Shown piece after piece: positions 61,731-64,000 of a DNA stretch of 64,000 nucleotides. Position 1 is the first letter of the stretch, and every line of letters starts with the position of its first letter. The stretch is from contig MU053365.1 in the NCBI GenBank assembly GCA_013239625.1, forward strand, positions 310,001-374,000, given 5' to 3'. This DNA is from Lama guanicoe (lineage: Eukaryota). The notes beneath the pieces are model-generated. The model saw only the letters and a program-made list of their open reading frames with translations. It searched no databases and was not told the origin of the DNA. The position numbers and the translations under genes are program-made.

Positions 61731-63529
61731 CTTGATATTTTGATTTTATATTTTGAGAGCATCTGTTTTCCTAAAAGAAAATAAGAAAACAATATACACA
61801 GGGAGGGAAAACACCCATAATTTCATCCCCAGTTACAGTCATGAGCTCATTTCCCTTCTAGATCGGTCAACATGCTTTTCATGCTCAGAAACGTAAGAGT
61901 GTATGTAAGTCTGTGGCTTGCTTCTACATTCACATCATATTATAAACATTTTTGTGCAGCGTCATAGTTTCCATTACTGTTGCATTTCAATGGCTGCAAA
62001 GTCTGTTGAGTGCACTACGATGCAATGAATTACCCTTCTATTATTGATTATTTGGTTTGCTTCTAATTGGGTGCTATGATATATGCTAAGCTGAACACTG
62101 TACAGATAACTCGTTCTACTCTTGGAATTATTTTCTCCAGTACAGGAAATTCAAATTTCTGGAAGTTGAATTACTGGTTGAAGAGATGTGAATGCTCACT
62201 GGTGTAGGTTTTCCTACATGATGCCAAACTGCCGTCAGTTCCCGCTCCCATCAGCCAGCGAGGAAGAGGCCCAGGTCGCCATGACTGTGTACGCGTGCTC
62301 ATGCTAGGTAGTAACGTTTTCACATTTTCTTGTCAATTTAAAAAGTGTCTTTCTTTAATTTGTATTTGAGGATGAATAGAAGGCATGGCTTTCCTCCGTG
62401 TTTTGTTTATTAATGGTCCCCCTCTTTTTTGCATCCTTACAGTTTTTGCCAGGAATTTCATCTTGTGCATCTTTGAAAATTGCAGGCAGCCTCAAATAGA
62501 CACGGAGAAATCAGTTTCCCTTTAAAAGCTACAAATGGCAGTGGCGGCTTTCACAGGGCATAAAGTAAGTCTGAGGGACACCTCGCACGTTTCTCAGAGC
62601 AGCAAAAAGCCAAAGATGGCTGCCTGGCCTGGCAAGGAAGGCTGGCGCTCTCCTCATAATCTCCCCACTTTTGTGGCTTTAACTAAATCTTCTGATTCTG
62701 TCTAAGCACAGGTTTTTTTCCTTCCTCTTTATAATAGTTCTCCTTCTTTTGGACTTTTCGAATGCTTTCCTGGGAAAATATGCATGCTAAATGTGTCCAA
62801 TGTTTGTCTGAAGGTTTAGGTACAAGCGTCCTCAGATTTGTAAAGTTTATTGCAGATGGGAGGACACACAAAAACCAGGCCTGGCATCATCGATCCACCG
62901 ACCAGAGGTGGCTGGGACATAAGGGCCCAGCAGGTGAAGGCGGCATCAGAAGCAATTATTTAGTCCATCCAGCGAATGATGGTGCTTATCCACTATTCAG
63001 AGGTGGATTACAGTATTTTACAAACATCTGCAAATTACTAGAAAACACTAGAATGGATATCATTTTTTCTCTTTCTCTCATCTCTGCCCTGCCCGCTGCT
63101 ACCACTTTGACTGCCTCCCTCAAATTCCAGATGCGTGAAAAGTGGACTCCACACCTGCGGCTGTAAAAGCTGACTTTGTGTTGGAATAGTGCCCCTCCCT
63201 TTTTAATAACTGAGGCAGAGATTCTTAGAAAACATAGTTTATAACAGAAATCCCAACAGTGCTGCTATTTTTGAAGGATAAAACTGCGCTTGGACAAGAC
63301 AAGTGTTGGGGCCATACAGGGAAGGCACGGTGCTTTATTTCTACCCACCGCCTTTCCAGCTTCATTTTATGAATATTGAAAAGTATCACACTCACGTTAT
63401 AACTTCTGAAGGGGCTAACTTCCAAAAGCAGTGTCCAATCAATTATAAATTTTCCATGACAATTAATCAAATGGCAAGAGCTAATATGATGACTTCTAAG
63501 AAGAGGCGGCCTTGGACCAATCATTACTA

Positions 63530-63769
<240 letters not shown>

Positions 63770-63809
63770 TCATCAACACGCTCGCTCCTCTTCTCTCCTT
63801 CATCTAAAG

Positions 63810-64000
63810 GGCTGGTTCTCAACCCAGGGCAATTTCGCACCCCGCCCCCGGGGAACCTTCGGCAATGTCTGGAGACGTTTTTGGTTGTCGCCACTAGGGA
63901 CCGGGGGCATCTGGTGGGCAGAGGCCAGAGATGCTGCTAAACATCCCCCAATGCACAGGATGGCTCCCACCACGGAGAACTGCCCAGTCCAACAGTGCCA
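63810..64000 (+). mobile_element. MER20 hAT element (runs off the window)
   Basis: ggttctcaacc..ggcaatgtctggagacgtttttggttgtc..ggcatctggtgggcagaggccagagatgctgctaaacatcc..atgcacagga. Confidence 0.88.

Overview
Mammalian genomic DNA, probably camelid (camelid-type tRNA-derived SINEs and L1s) and probably distal X chromosome by orthology. The right half holds the 3' end of AFF2 (FMR2) on the minus strand. It has six coding exons (63615-63751, 59625-59696, 59192-59285, 57163-57215, 50070-50260, 45271-45392) with GT-AG borders that splice in frame into 222 aa of the AF4/FMR2 C-terminal region. A ~9.2 kb 3' UTR follows, with no transposon I can recognise and two candidate poly(A) signals (40929 and 36090). 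The left ~35 kb is downstream intergenic sequence full of repeats (L1, L2, MIR, MaLR/ERV LTRs, hAT elements), with a few repeat-free blocks that may be enhancers. Most interesting observations: (1) two TSD-flanked L1 copies that keep their 5' ends, lack the reverse transcriptase, share the same two ORF1 frameshifts and form an inverted pair, possibly a non-autonomous HAL1-like lineage; (2) a 13-nt contiguous match to miR-132-3p, extending further 3', in the AFF2 3' UTR; (3) a spaced, non-canonical REST/RE1 site in an AFF2 intron; (4) an RNA G-quadruplex just upstream of the proximal poly(A) signal. No prokaryotic-type system, CRISPR array or new protein-coding gene is supported. Repeat family names are by eye from remembered consensus sequences, and their boundaries are approximate unless TSDs are given.
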